64,000 nt of DNA, from the NCBI GenBank assembly GCA_977017575.1, contig CDRNVI010000009.1:434001-498000 (forward strand), given 5' to 3'. Positions within the stretch are counted from its first letter, which is position 1, and the number at the start of each line of letters is the position of its first letter. The notes beneath the pieces are model-generated. The model made no database searches and was not told where the DNA came from. It saw only the letters and a program-made list of their open reading frames with translations. The translations under genes were made by a program, and so were the position numbers. Positions 1 to 10,018 of this stretch are shown one piece after another. The stretch comes from Paramoeba atlantica. Its lineage: Eukaryota > Protista > Discosea.

Positions 1-834
1 TCCCCCAGCCACCAACGGATTAACATGCGAAACTCCGTGGGGGCGTACGCAAAGCCGTTCTTTTTGGACGGCAACACGAAAGCCCACTCCGACGCCCCTT
101 CTCCCGTTTCCGAGCTCCACCGAGCCCTCGTGCTTGGATCAGCGTGGGCGAGTGCGTGTTCGAACGTGTGGGATGAAATAGCATGGCTCAGATCCCTTTG
201 TCGAGGTATGACCAATTTATTGTCTATTTCTTGGATCGGATTGGTTTGAAAGGGTTGGTGCTCTGAAGCGGCCGAGCTTTGTAGAATTTTGCCCGTTTCA
301 TTGTCAACGATATTCTTCCCTGCGCGTTTGTTCACGTCGATCACTGCCTCATCGAAATCTTTTGCGTCCGTTGGATCCCAAAAGTCTTTCTCCGCTGCGA
401 AGGCGACTGAGGCCACATAAGCGGAGGCAGAATGCTCCTCAGCTGAACGGAGTCCCAAGCCACCAAACCGTTTGCCTCTCTGTGCTTGGCGCCTTGCTGC
501 GTCGCTGAATGGCCCGAAAAAGTGTGAGGTAGCATCTTGCACTGCGTCGTCGAGACGTCGGCAGAGATCCTGGAGCTCCGACGTTGGGGTAGTACGGAGT
601 GAGTAGAGCATCTGACAGAAGCCCGTGCAATGCCGAATAAGTGAAAGGGCTACCTGGGGGTCCTCGAGGTTGGTAATGGCTTCCAGCGAGTCCTCTGCGT
701 GTTCAATGGCGTTGTCAAGGAGAAATTGACGGCGGAACTCGGTTGTCCCTACAGGGCTACCTAACATATGGAAATTACCCTCAGTGTTTTTATTCGATCC
801 AGGTAGGTCGGGGAAGACAGAAGAACGATGATGA
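1..834 (-). pseudogene. CRE-B-like RT/RLE non-LTR element fragment (thumb/connection region), running off the left edge
   Basis: Manual translation (GNFHMLGSPVG...EDPQVALSLIRHCTGFCQMLYSLRTTP...RFGGLGLRSA) is colinear with the 783-aa CRE-B ORF at 24840-27191. Confidence 0.85.
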
Positions 835-1020
835 TTTTTTTTTTTTTTTTTTTTTTTGCACAAACATAGAACAAGCCGAATTCACTCCAAACAAACAAAA
901 TATAAAAAGGGGGTATTAAAAACTTCCGCGAAAAACGTTTGCGTGAAGATTTGAAAAAGTAAAATAAAAAAGGTCAAAAACACCTTCGATGAAGCTTCAT
1001 CGAAGGTCCCCACTACCCAA

Positions 1021-1419
1021 CATCATCTGGTATTTTTATCTTATGTGCCGTCATTACTGTTTTTTTTGTGTTATCTTGTGTGCTTTTGGCCCGATTTCCG
1101 GAGTAACTTCAAAGATTCAGCATTGTAGACTTCCTACCCAATGTTCTTGGGCCATATATATAAACTTTTAGAACTTGATAAAATTGATAACCATTGCACA
1201 TACTCAGTTCCACTTTTTATCTATCTTTATCACCAATGTCTGTCCTAAGATGTTGCAACGTCTTGAGATTAAAACCAAATCATCATCTGGCATTTTAGCT
1301 TATGTGCCGTCATCACTGTTTTTTTGTGTGTTATCTTGTGTGCTTTTGGCACGATTTCCGGAGTAACTTCAAAGATTCAGCATTGCAGACTTCCTACCCA
1401 ATGTTCTTGGGCCATATAT
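1021..1419. repeat. About 140-bp direct repeat (1021-1159 and 1281-1419) in that 3' UTR
   Basis: Near-identical catcatctgg...gggccatatat blocks, period 260 bp. Confidence 0.9.
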
Positions 1420-1533
1420 TGCCGCAGTTGCGAGAAGATAGTGTATGCGGAGAATTTTTCAATTTCCAATTGGAATGCTTCTCGAGTGTTTTCTACGTCT
1501 AGGCCTGCCCTATTTGCCAGTGTCTTGAGGAGT

Positions 1534-1902
1534 CCTATCCTATCCTATAAGACCGATTTGCATCGGTTAAGAACACATCCGTTTTTGTCGTCGCTTCGAC
1601 GTCTTTCTCTCAGGTGAATTCGCCCTTTCATGCTCCTTGTCCGCTGAACCGGGCGTGGTACGTCTTTCATGCAACTTTGTATTTTTGGCATCACATTCCT
1701 CAGGCAAACACTCTTTCTTTTCAGGAGAATCCACTCCAGTCTCTACAGGTGGCGAGGTACCCTTTTTGGAGAGAGGATCACCTGCAATCTTGAAGTAATC
1801 CCGTCTTTTCCCTAATGGCTTAGGTATTTGGCCACAGTGTTTCCGAGGACGATTCATGGTTTGGACGGTTTCTGAGCTAACCCTTTGAGCTTCTAAGGCA
1901 CT
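1534..1902 (-). mobile_element. 369-bp insertion with 13-bp TSD and (atagg)3 tail; short or truncated retroposon of unknown family
   Basis: tgtcttgaggagt at 1521-1533 and 1903-1915; its removal restores the CRE-A frame. Confidence 0.7.
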
Positions 1903-2485
1903 TGTCTTGAGGAGTTCCTTAGTTTCCTTGTGAAGAAGACCACAATCTGTTACTGGTATGCAGCGAAAGTATTCTTGGTCCAATCCTTTTTCCTGCACAT
2001 ATTTTCCTGCACATGTATTTTGCTCGTTCTAATACTTCCCGGAGATCACATAACCGTATGTATGCATTTGGGGATTTAATCCTTTTGTTTATACCTATTC
2101 ATTTCAAAAGTGGTCTTAAGCATAATTTTATCTTTGCAGAAATTTATCGCAGCATAATTTTATCTTTTCAGAATTTTTATCGCAGTAGAATTTCATCGCA
2201 ACGAAATTTATCTCAGCAAGAGTAAGAAAATAATATACAACAAGGACATCGTGGTAAATGCGCTGCTCATTCGTCGGTGATTCCGGGTTGTCTCTTTCTT
2301 GGAGCGTTTGGTTTTTACCTTCACTTACAGCCTCTGCACGGTTTTCCGATTCGTCACTATGATTGTTTGTTTGCAAAATTGTGTCTGCTGACCCTTCTGG
2401 CGGAAAACAAAATCTTTTCTTCCGCTGGTTATTCCGATAGCTTAAGCTTCCGGTGTGAACGGTGAGTCTTGGAGTTATTTCTCCC

Positions 2486-2947
2486 GTGAAATCCTATGAG
2501 CTCTCTACAGCAGGAAGTCACTTGTATGTGAGAAATGTTCACCTTCCCCCCTTCTCTCAATTTACGAAGAGAAATCTACACCTACAACAGACGAACAGCA
2601 ACCCAACTATCCAAGAACTATCCATTAAGATTTTCTTTTTCTTTTTCTTTTTCTCTTTATGATGATGAAATATGGACTTTATATATTTTGTTTTGTAATT
2701 TTATCGCTTCAATGGAAGTTTGCAGCTCGGGTGGCGAGGTGCGCTAATCCCCAACGCTTCTACTCTAAACCAACAGCCTAAACTACTGATTTACACTAGA
2801 AGCGCCCCTGGCCAGTAACGTGATCCTTTATTTCCTACATGCTCAATCTTCGTTCCGTGCTGTCCCATGGCATATATTTGCGCATCTGATCGTATACAAT
2901 TAGGCCGTTCATTTCTTGGAGTATGAGTTTAAATTCGAGCGCCACGT
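2486..2947 (-). mobile_element. Very short 5'-truncated CRE-A 3' end (last about 37 codons plus 3' UTR)
   Basis: HVALEFKLILQEMNGLIVYDQMRKYM...* (stop 2835-2837). Ends in the same terminal motif (...tcataggatttcac) as the element at 3019. Confidence 0.75.
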
Positions 2948-3018
2948 GATACCTGCTTACTACGATTAAATATAATTTCATTAAAATTTTTGCCTATTGA
3001 AAATTACAATGCATTACT

Positions 3019-6000
3019 GTGAAATCCTATGACAGGAAGCCACGGGCGAAACATCACCTTCCCCCCTTCTCTCGTGAGAGAAACTACCTCCAAAAATAAC
3101 TAGAACAGAACTTACAAGTAAATGAATAAATAAATAGATAAATAAATACGCTAACCTGGAAATGTCTATAAGTATTTCGTATTGGCGCTACCCCCCATTG
3201 TATGGGGGTAGTTCTAACTAAGCTTACGCGTCTTTGTAAGCTAAATCTTATAATTCTATATATTTAATATTTGACCTACGATAGTGCTTTGCTCATTTGA
3301 GAACACAGCACAGTGCCTTTTAACTCCTGGAGGTGCATTATGAAATCTTGCACAACGATATCGCGATCACGCCCGCTAGCATCGGCCAGAGATTTCAGGA
3401 GAGCCAGGCCACTTTTGTTCATTGCTCCTCCGGCGAGTATTGATACGCATGTAAATTTTTCATGAGGTATTAGATCCGAGTTAACATACGTGTCGACTTT
3501 GCGTTTTTCGGCTTCCTGCATTAGCTGATTGCTCCGTTTACCGAGATTCGTCTTGGATATTTCATTTATGATAGTGAGGTCATAGAATATCTCACCGGAC
3601 GCCCAGTAAATTGCTAAGTCTGGTCCGCTGCGATGGAATGATGCGGTTCCACACTTTTTCTGATGTTCATGTTTGCGCTGTTCATTCACCGATTCATTAC
3701 ATTTCAGGCATCGATAAGTGGTGAATAGTCTCGGTTCCCGCTCGCATGGGACTCCGGTCTGAAGACAGAGGTCGTAAATATGACGAACGAGAGCATGATG
3801 TCGCGTTGTCGCATTTGCGCCTGTGCATTTAACGCAACCGAGCAAGTGTGCTAGAAAGTGTTTTGATTCGAGAATCATTTTGCATCCAGGGCATATGATT
3901 TTGTCCGGCATACTCTTGTGCGCAAGACCAAGTCGTGCCATCACCATTAGAGAGAATTGAGATGATGGAATATATCTCGTTTTTCCTTGCAACCAACCGT
4001 GATTACCCTTTTCACTGCACGCCTTTACCAAAGGTGCCAACTCCTCGTTTTTCTTTGTGAGCTCTTGATACGTCTTCTGATTGAGCATAGCCTCCGTTGC
4101 GGGGCCATCATTTACTGATTCGCTGTCCTGCGCTTTACCTTCGTCGCACGTTAATCGAGCTGATTTTGGTTTACATTGCTCAAGAGAAACGCGTTTAGAA
4201 GAGTTGTACGCGGACGTACGAGAGTTAGTAGATGATGGCAGGCCGAGCCCACCTTTCTTCAGCGGCAACCGGCACCAAGCGATGTGTTTATCTGTCATTT
4301 TGCCAAGCCATGTGTTCAACACCGCTTCAACATCGCTGTCGAATTTTTTGCATAGTTTTTCCGATGCTATTGGTGTGTGTACCCGGGTGTGGTACCTATG
4401 TCTAATGTTTACGCTTTTCGATAGTAGAAGTAGTGATATGTTGTTTAAACCCATGCGCTTGAGACGTCGGAATATGGCTTCGTGCTTTTCAAGCTTCTGT
4501 GTCAGACATTCACTGACTACTTCGTCGTTGCCTATGTATGCACCTAGGGTCTTTGTCGCTGAATGCTTGATTTTCACTCCTTCTGCTTCAAGTTCTGCTG
4601 GGATTGGTATATCATGCTTTCCGCCAAACCACACGCATTTGTGTTTGGCCATTTTGACTCGTTTCTCCGCTAGGAGGCCGTGTAGGCGACTGAATGCATC
4701 AGCTAACGCTTGTTGGTCCTCAGATGCTAGGTTTATGTCGTCGATGAATGCGAAGATTTTTACTTGTGGAAATTCCATTGCCAGGGTTTCTATGATAGGC
4801 TGCATAAATGCGCAAAAGTACAAGGTAGATAACGGAGATCCTTCTCGTACTCCAGCTGAGCTATATATCGTCTCGTAATGCTCACCGTTTTTTCCGTAAT
4901 ATAAAAGCTCAGAGGCCTCCGAATATTCCGCGTGAAAGAATCTACGAAAAGGGCGCAATGTGCATAGGCCGAAAACGACTTTTGCGATGTCGCTACGCAT
5001 AGGCGAGTTAAAGGCATTAGCTAGATCGATTGATAGAATGGCTTTGCCTTCTTGATAATGGCTATGAAGACGGTGCACTACTTTTTCGCATCCAGACTGT
5101 ACAGATACTCCAAATTGTAACGGGGCGAAGAGTTTTTCGAGTGTATGTTCGTGCCGTGCTACTAATACGATTCCCGCCAGTTTCAGGAAGACTTCGCCTA
5201 CGCAGATTGGTCTGACGCCTTTGTCTGCCTTTGGTAACGCTACCAAGCGTGCTCGTTTCAGACGATTCATTACTTGTTTTGACAGAAGTCCATTTATCAG
5301 ATCCGCAAACATATAACACATGGAGACGCAACAAATTTCGTCGTCCAAGAGGAGCCGAATTATTGTGTCAGTGGTTCCCGTAGGTCCTGGTGCCGATCCT
5401 TTGTCAAGACGCCGACCTGCGTCCCTGAGTTCTTCGGTGGAAATGATGGCTATCTCAGGAGAGTCATCCGGGAGCTCAAAGTTTTCATGATTCTGCGGAT
5501 GCAGGTCCCGTAGTTTGGCGCATACATCGTCGTCTGTTAGTTCCTGTGGTCGCACTTCCTGATCTAGCACTTTTGTTGCCTTAGAGACACACCCTTCTAG
5601 GGCCAGGCGGGTCGCTTTTTTTATGGTGCGTGCTTCTGTTTTGCTCAGTTCCTCCGCATCTCCAGCGTTTTCGTCATCCGGGATCGGCCGTTTTCTTCTT
5701 CGCCGAATCGACGCGGTTCTCACTACTGTTAACGAGTGCTTCATTGCGGATAAGACCCTATTCCAAATGTCGTTCCTGTCATCATACGAGTTGGTGGCGT
5801 AATTCCGCATAATGTCCCGGTAAATGGCTACGACACATGGTGCGAAATCGGCATGAATCGCTCGGAGCTTCGGCATCGGCGCTAAATCCAAATCTTCTTC
5901 AGTGTGTTGTGTGACGGGTGGGCTGGCAACCGGTATTGAGTTCATATGTTTATCCATAGCGGACTGTTTTTTAAGCCACTGAATCTTATATATTCGAACA

Positions 6001-7055
6001 TTCGCTTGCGGGGGAAGAAAACCTTTGAAGGTGTTGTCGACCTTGTGACCTTGAACTCCGATATACTCCATAGACAGCTTCGTTCTTCCATTCCTGCGAT
6101 TTATTGTAGCTACGGTACCTTTTGAAACACTCAACGTGGTTTGGCAATCAAAGCCCCAGGTCAGAAAACATACATCACCAGTTTTGGCATTGCCAATGGC
6201 ATTGGAAATTCCTTCCGACGTCATTGGGAAGTTATGTCGTGGGTCCATCGCGCTCGGGACTTCAGAATCGGGATTCCTACTTACTCCGGTTTCGCTGGCT
6301 AGATTTTCGGAGTCGGGATCGATCGGGTGTGGGGAGTGGCATTCATGAAAAACATGGGACGTATTAGGAGATTCGGTTTCGCTTTCGATGTCCTGTGGGA
6401 TCGCGTGGGTATCAACTGGTAGCGGCGATGGGAGCCGATTTTCTTCTGCCGCGTTTTGCGCATCACCGGTAGTTTGTGGCGTCGCATTAACGTCTGCAGT
6501 TTCCGCGAAGATGTCAAAGGCGCGTACGTCGTGTACATAACCTTCCCCATTGTAGGTGTAGCCTCTACTCATCATTTTCGTGTGAAATGCTTTGCGCTCG
6601 TGTGTCCAAGGAGATTCTCTTTGTGACTGAAGTGTTTCCGCAGGCTCGTTTCCGGTGTTGAAAACTGCTCCGATGGCTTGTGCGGCGACAGCGCACGTCT
6701 TCTTAATTCGGATACGCCATTTTCCTGTTTCTTTTGGCTCTCCTGACGACAGCTCCGCGGGTGGTTGTTGCTCTGCGGACGGCAGCTGGGTCTCTTTGTT
6801 CGCAGGTGTTAGCGTTCGGTCTGTTCTATGTGTTATCTGTGGCGTGGGCGCCGACTGTGTAGGTTCCGATTGTGGACGTGGAGGTTCCGGTTGTGGAGAT
6901 GACGGTTCTCGCTGATCTCGCGCTGGCCCTGGGGAAGGAATGAGCGGTAGACGGGGTGGTGATGGCGATTTCGGCGCTTCGGAATCGGCCGAGGACATCT
7001 GCAGAGCTCTCGTTCGCGCTTTACGCGAGAATGCGTGCATGCTGGGGCATTGTTA
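3019..7055 (-). mobile_element. CRE-A non-LTR retrotransposon W, slightly 5'-truncated
   Basis: Single long RT-Zn-RLE ORF plus about 255-nt 3' UTR. The 3' part is duplicated at 59230-60080. Confidence 0.9.
3276..7040 (-). CDS. CRE-clade polyprotein: Pro-rich region, beta-rich N-terminal domain, RT, two Zn knuckles, PD-(D/E)xK RLE (1254 aa)
   Basis: SAPGPTG, VRPICVGE, SIDLANAFNS, GVREGSPLS, FIDD, KKGGLGL, CPGC..HLLGC, RHH, GPDLAI..YDLTII, KRKVDTY. Confidence 0.92.
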   Translation of the reverse strand: MHAFSRKARTRALQMSSADSEAPKSPSPPRLPLIPSPGPARDQREPSSPQPEPPRPQSEPTQSAPTPQITHRTDRTLTPANKETQLPSAEQQPPAELSSGEPKETGKWRIRIKKTCAVAAQAIGAVFNTGNEPAETLQSQRESPWTHERKAFHTKMMSRGYTYNGEGYVHDVRAFDIFAETADVNATPQTTGDAQNAAEENRLPSPLPVDTHAIPQDIESETESPNTSHVFHECHSPHPIDPDSENLASETGVSRNPDSEVPSAMDPRHNFPMTSEGISNAIGNAKTGDVCFLTWGFDCQTTLSVSKGTVATINRRNGRTKLSMEYIGVQGHKVDNTFKGFLPPQANVRIYKIQWLKKQSAMDKHMNSIPVASPPVTQHTEEDLDLAPMPKLRAIHADFAPCVVAIYRDIMRNYATNSYDDRNDIWNRVLSAMKHSLTVVRTASIRRRRKRPIPDDENAGDAEELSKTEARTIKKATRLALEGCVSKATKVLDQEVRPQELTDDDVCAKLRDLHPQNHENFELPDDSPEIAIISTEELRDAGRRLDKGSAPGPTGTTDTIIRLLLDDEICCVSMCYMFADLINGLLSKQVMNRLKRARLVALPKADKGVRPICVGEVFLKLAGIVLVARHEHTLEKLFAPLQFGVSVQSGCEKVVHRLHSHYQEGKAILSIDLANAFNSPMRSDIAKVVFGLCTLRPFRRFFHAEYSEASELLYYGKNGEHYETIYSSAGVREGSPLSTLYFCAFMQPIIETLAMEFPQVKIFAFIDDINLASEDQQALADAFSRLHGLLAEKRVKMAKHKCVWFGGKHDIPIPAELEAEGVKIKHSATKTLGAYIGNDEVVSECLTQKLEKHEAIFRRLKRMGLNNISLLLLSKSVNIRHRYHTRVHTPIASEKLCKKFDSDVEAVLNTWLGKMTDKHIAWCRLPLKKGGLGLPSSTNSRTSAYNSSKRVSLEQCKPKSARLTCDEGKAQDSESVNDGPATEAMLNQKTYQELTKKNEELAPLVKACSEKGNHGWLQGKTRYIPSSQFSLMVMARLGLAHKSMPDKIICPGCKMILESKHFLAHLLGCVKCTGANATTRHHALVRHIYDLCLQTGVPCEREPRLFTTYRCLKCNESVNEQRKHEHQKKCGTASFHRSGPDLAIYWASGEIFYDLTIINEISKTNLGKRSNQLMQEAEKRKVDTYVNSDLIPHEKFTCVSILAGGAMNKSGLALLKSLADASGRDRDIVVQDFIMHLQELKGTVLCSQMSKALS

Positions 7056-7239
7056 TCCTATGTATAGTGTATCCGTAGAACTCCTGCATCCCTGATGTCA
7101 TCAGGTAGATTTCTTCGTATTTCTTTTGTTAATGAATGAACACTATTGTGGTATTCTTGATTTATCGTGTATTCAAAATTCACCGTTAAAGATTTCCTAT
7201 TTTTTTTAACGCACCTCGCTAACGGCATTCAACTGGTAT

Positions 7240-7930
7240 TCACAGGGCCGTTTCATCTCCATCGACCGGTGCCAAGTATTTCCTAAATTGAGACATTGCG
7301 ACCGAACCATTCAGTTCTTGCAATTGCAAAGCGAAATCCTGGTGAATCTTATCGCGTGCCAGTCCACATGCATCTGCAAGAGCCGACAATAATTCCTTGG
7401 TGTTTGGATGCATGGCGCCTCCAGAAAGCATGGGAATGCACAAAAACTGCTGTTTCGGAATTAAGCTCGACACGACGTACCGGTTAATCTTACGCTTGAT
7501 AGCGTCTCGCATGAGAATTGCGCCGCTGCGTTTGATGTTGGATTGTGAAAGCTCGTGTATGACGGTAAAATCATTGCTGGGACGTGGGGCGGGTGGAGAC
7601 GAGGACAGCACACCCGACGGAGGCGAAGTCGGTCCACATCGTGGAGGTGAAGGGTGCGAAGGAGATTGCACGTGGGGCGCAAATGGCAACTGTTGCGGAG
7701 GTGGTGGTTGCGATGGCAGGGGCGATGGTGGTGGCGGCGATGGGGGCGGCGGTGAGGGCGGCGATGGGGGCGGCGGTGAGGGCGGCGATGTGGGCGGCGG
7801 TGGCGGGTCCTTTGGGAGCTTCTTGCGGCGCGTGGGGGGAAGCGATTGAACAACGGGAGCTACCCCCGTATTCTTCGCCATGGCACGCGTGAGCATGCCC
7901 ATTTAATAAAATTTAATAAAAATTTAATCT
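7240..7930 (-). mobile_element. Internally deleted CRE-A derivative (5' end fused in frame to the last about 95 codons)
   Basis: MGMLTRAMAKNTG start matches element X (30206), followed by DFTVIHEL...SQFRKYL C-terminus. RT is absent. Confidence 0.8.
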
Positions 7931-7975
7931 TACTACCGACGCATCTGCTAGAGCAAAAGTAAAAATTTAATCTTA

Positions 7976-9031
7976 CTACCGACGCATTATTGCTAGAGTA
8001 TCCAGTAGATTCTTCAAATTCTTATGCAAGGATCCTCCTGAAAGTACTGGAAGACATTGAAAAGATAATGCGGGAATCAATCCGGATGCGACGTACGTTG
8101 CTTGCTTCCGTTTAATGGCTTCATTAATGAGGCGTCCACATTTTTGTTGAATTCGCGACGGCGCTAGCTCATGAATGACGGTCAGATCGTAGTAGATTTC
8201 TCCGCTTTGCCAATGGATAACCAAATCAGGCCCATTGCGATGAGTCTGTCTACCAGCACACACTTTCGAGTGGTTGTAGCTTGTTTCTTCGGTGATGGGT
8301 GCCCGGCATGTAGTGCAGTGAACTGAGCTGAATCTTCGAGGCTCTTTCTCGCAAGGAATTCCTGCATTTAGACACATCTTGTGTATGTAGCGAACCAGGG
8401 TGTTATGTTTGAATGAGGCATTTATTCCCTTGCATTGAGTGCATCCTGGTAGATGGGTCAGAACCGAATGTTGGTTGAGTTCAGCTTGGCATCCGGGGCA
8501 TCGAATTTCTTTCATTGACGATTGGAGGGGCATTCCTAATCTCGGTAATACCGCTAGCCTAAAAAGATGTGACGGTACCAACTTTGCAGTTGACTGCAGC
8601 CAGTCGTAATTTCCTTTGAAGGTTGTGGACCTTGCTATGTGGGATAGCTTCTGGGATCGTTCGCTCGCTTCATTGGTGTCTGTGCTGTTTCGTATTTCTT
8701 CTGACGCACGCACAGCATTTCGATTGACAATCTGAGCTGAAAAAGAATTATGGCGCTCGAAAATCGTTTGTCGTGATGCTGCGTAAGCTGCGCGTCGTAT
8801 CGAATTACATGCAGTAAGACCCAACCCGCCTTCGCTAACGGGGAGTCGTGCTAGCTCCATTTGCTCTTGGTCCAATGGTCCCAACCAATGTTTCAATACA
8901 TCTCCTACCTCTTTATCGAACTGAAGTGCCGAATCTTGAGTATTGTCCGGGGCGTGCACGCGCATGAAGTAAGAGTGTCGGACGCTCACTGATTTGGAGA
9001 GAAGTCGGAGTGAAATATTGTTCGGACCCAT
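7976..9031 (-). pseudogene. CRE-A fragment (thumb, Zn knuckles, RLE), truncated at both ends
   Basis: SEGGLGL, CPGC..HLPGCTQC, KHN, GPDLVIHW..YYDLTV. Confidence 0.85.
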
Positions 9032-9059
9032 TACTGTGAACTACGGTGATGTCATACAG

Positions 9060-9560
9060 TACTTCACCCATGTGTGGCCACATAATACCGAGGTCGGGGC
9101 CAGAGCGTATTCTTCGGGCACGGCAAGGGTGCTTCTCAATCGATTCTGGAGAAATGTGCGCTTTGCATTTTGTGCAGTAAAAGGAAGCATGCATGCGCGG
9201 TTCAATCACAGAGGGCAGGCCCGCTTTAGAGCACAGATCTGCTAGGAACCGTACAAGAGATGAATGCTTTCTTGTTGCGTTCATTCCTGCGCATTTTGTG
9301 CATCCGATTATATGTTGGAAGATTTCGTCCGATCTCATCTCAGCAGCACAACCCGGGCACTCGGCTCTTTCCGGCATCGAAGGAAGCTTGATTCCCAACC
9401 TGGTCATAATGGTATATCGGAAAAGGTAGGGATTCACATATCCGCTAGTGGATTGTAGGTGGCGAAGTGACGTCGTGGTTCGCTTCAGAATGGAGTCCAA
9501 TCGTGGGTCTTTGCGTAGGTCTGTTGCTAGATCTTTTTGTTCTTTTTTTATGGCTTTCCA
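9060..9560 (-). pseudogene. Divergent CRE-A Zn/RLE fragment
   Basis: CPGC..HIIGCTKC, RKHSSLV, CTKC, SGPDLGI..YDITVVH. Confidence 0.8.
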
Positions 9561-10018
9561 AATCCAAAAAATCCAAATCATTCCGGATTGCTCCGGATGG
9601 TCACTGGCAAGCCAGACCCTTCACAGACAGATTTGGAAGTTCCGAGGCCGACGTCCTCTACCAGTTTCCGCTTGTCCAAGGCGGCACCAACGTGCTGTTA
9701 CCAACACGCTGCGTCGACGAATTGTGCGTCAACACGGCTCACCCAAGAGGTGTAAGCCGGGTAAGGGAGCTGGTTCCCTGAGGGGAGGGTCCGGGACGGT
9801 CCTCCGAGTACTGGGCCTAGTCGTTTATCAGCCCAGCCTTTTAGAGTGAGGCCGCCAGGAATATTGCGATGAGCGGGTTTGAACTCGCCGTCTGAGCACC
9901 ATGTGCTTCAAACTTTGAGTTCTTGCCACTCCGCCACCTCCACCCCTTTATGGCTTTGGATGCATGTACTCGAGCTGTTTGCTGCATGGGTTTCGTGTCT
10001 CTGTTTTGATCTTTCGAC

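Larger units (their letters stand above)
835..1998 (-). mobile_element. 5'-truncated CRE-A-related element: C-terminal coding remnant (1998-1903 + 1533-1377), 3' UTR and poly(A) (T-run 835-857)
   Basis: YFRCIPVTDCGLLHKETKELLKT joins LANRAGLD...IFSQLRQYM...* once insert 1534-1902 is removed. This matches the C-termini of the other CRE-A ORFs. Confidence 0.75.

Noticed and set aside
3019-3095. Hammerhead or HDV ribozymes (gcgaaac here; gcgaatgg at 12223 and 27432)
   Set aside because: No CUGANGA core, and I could not complete the HDV P1/P1.1/P2/P3 pairings.
9600-10018. ORFs 9448-9849, 9467-9781 and 9841-10047 as genes
   Set aside because: No recognisable motifs; probably an unassigned element fragment.
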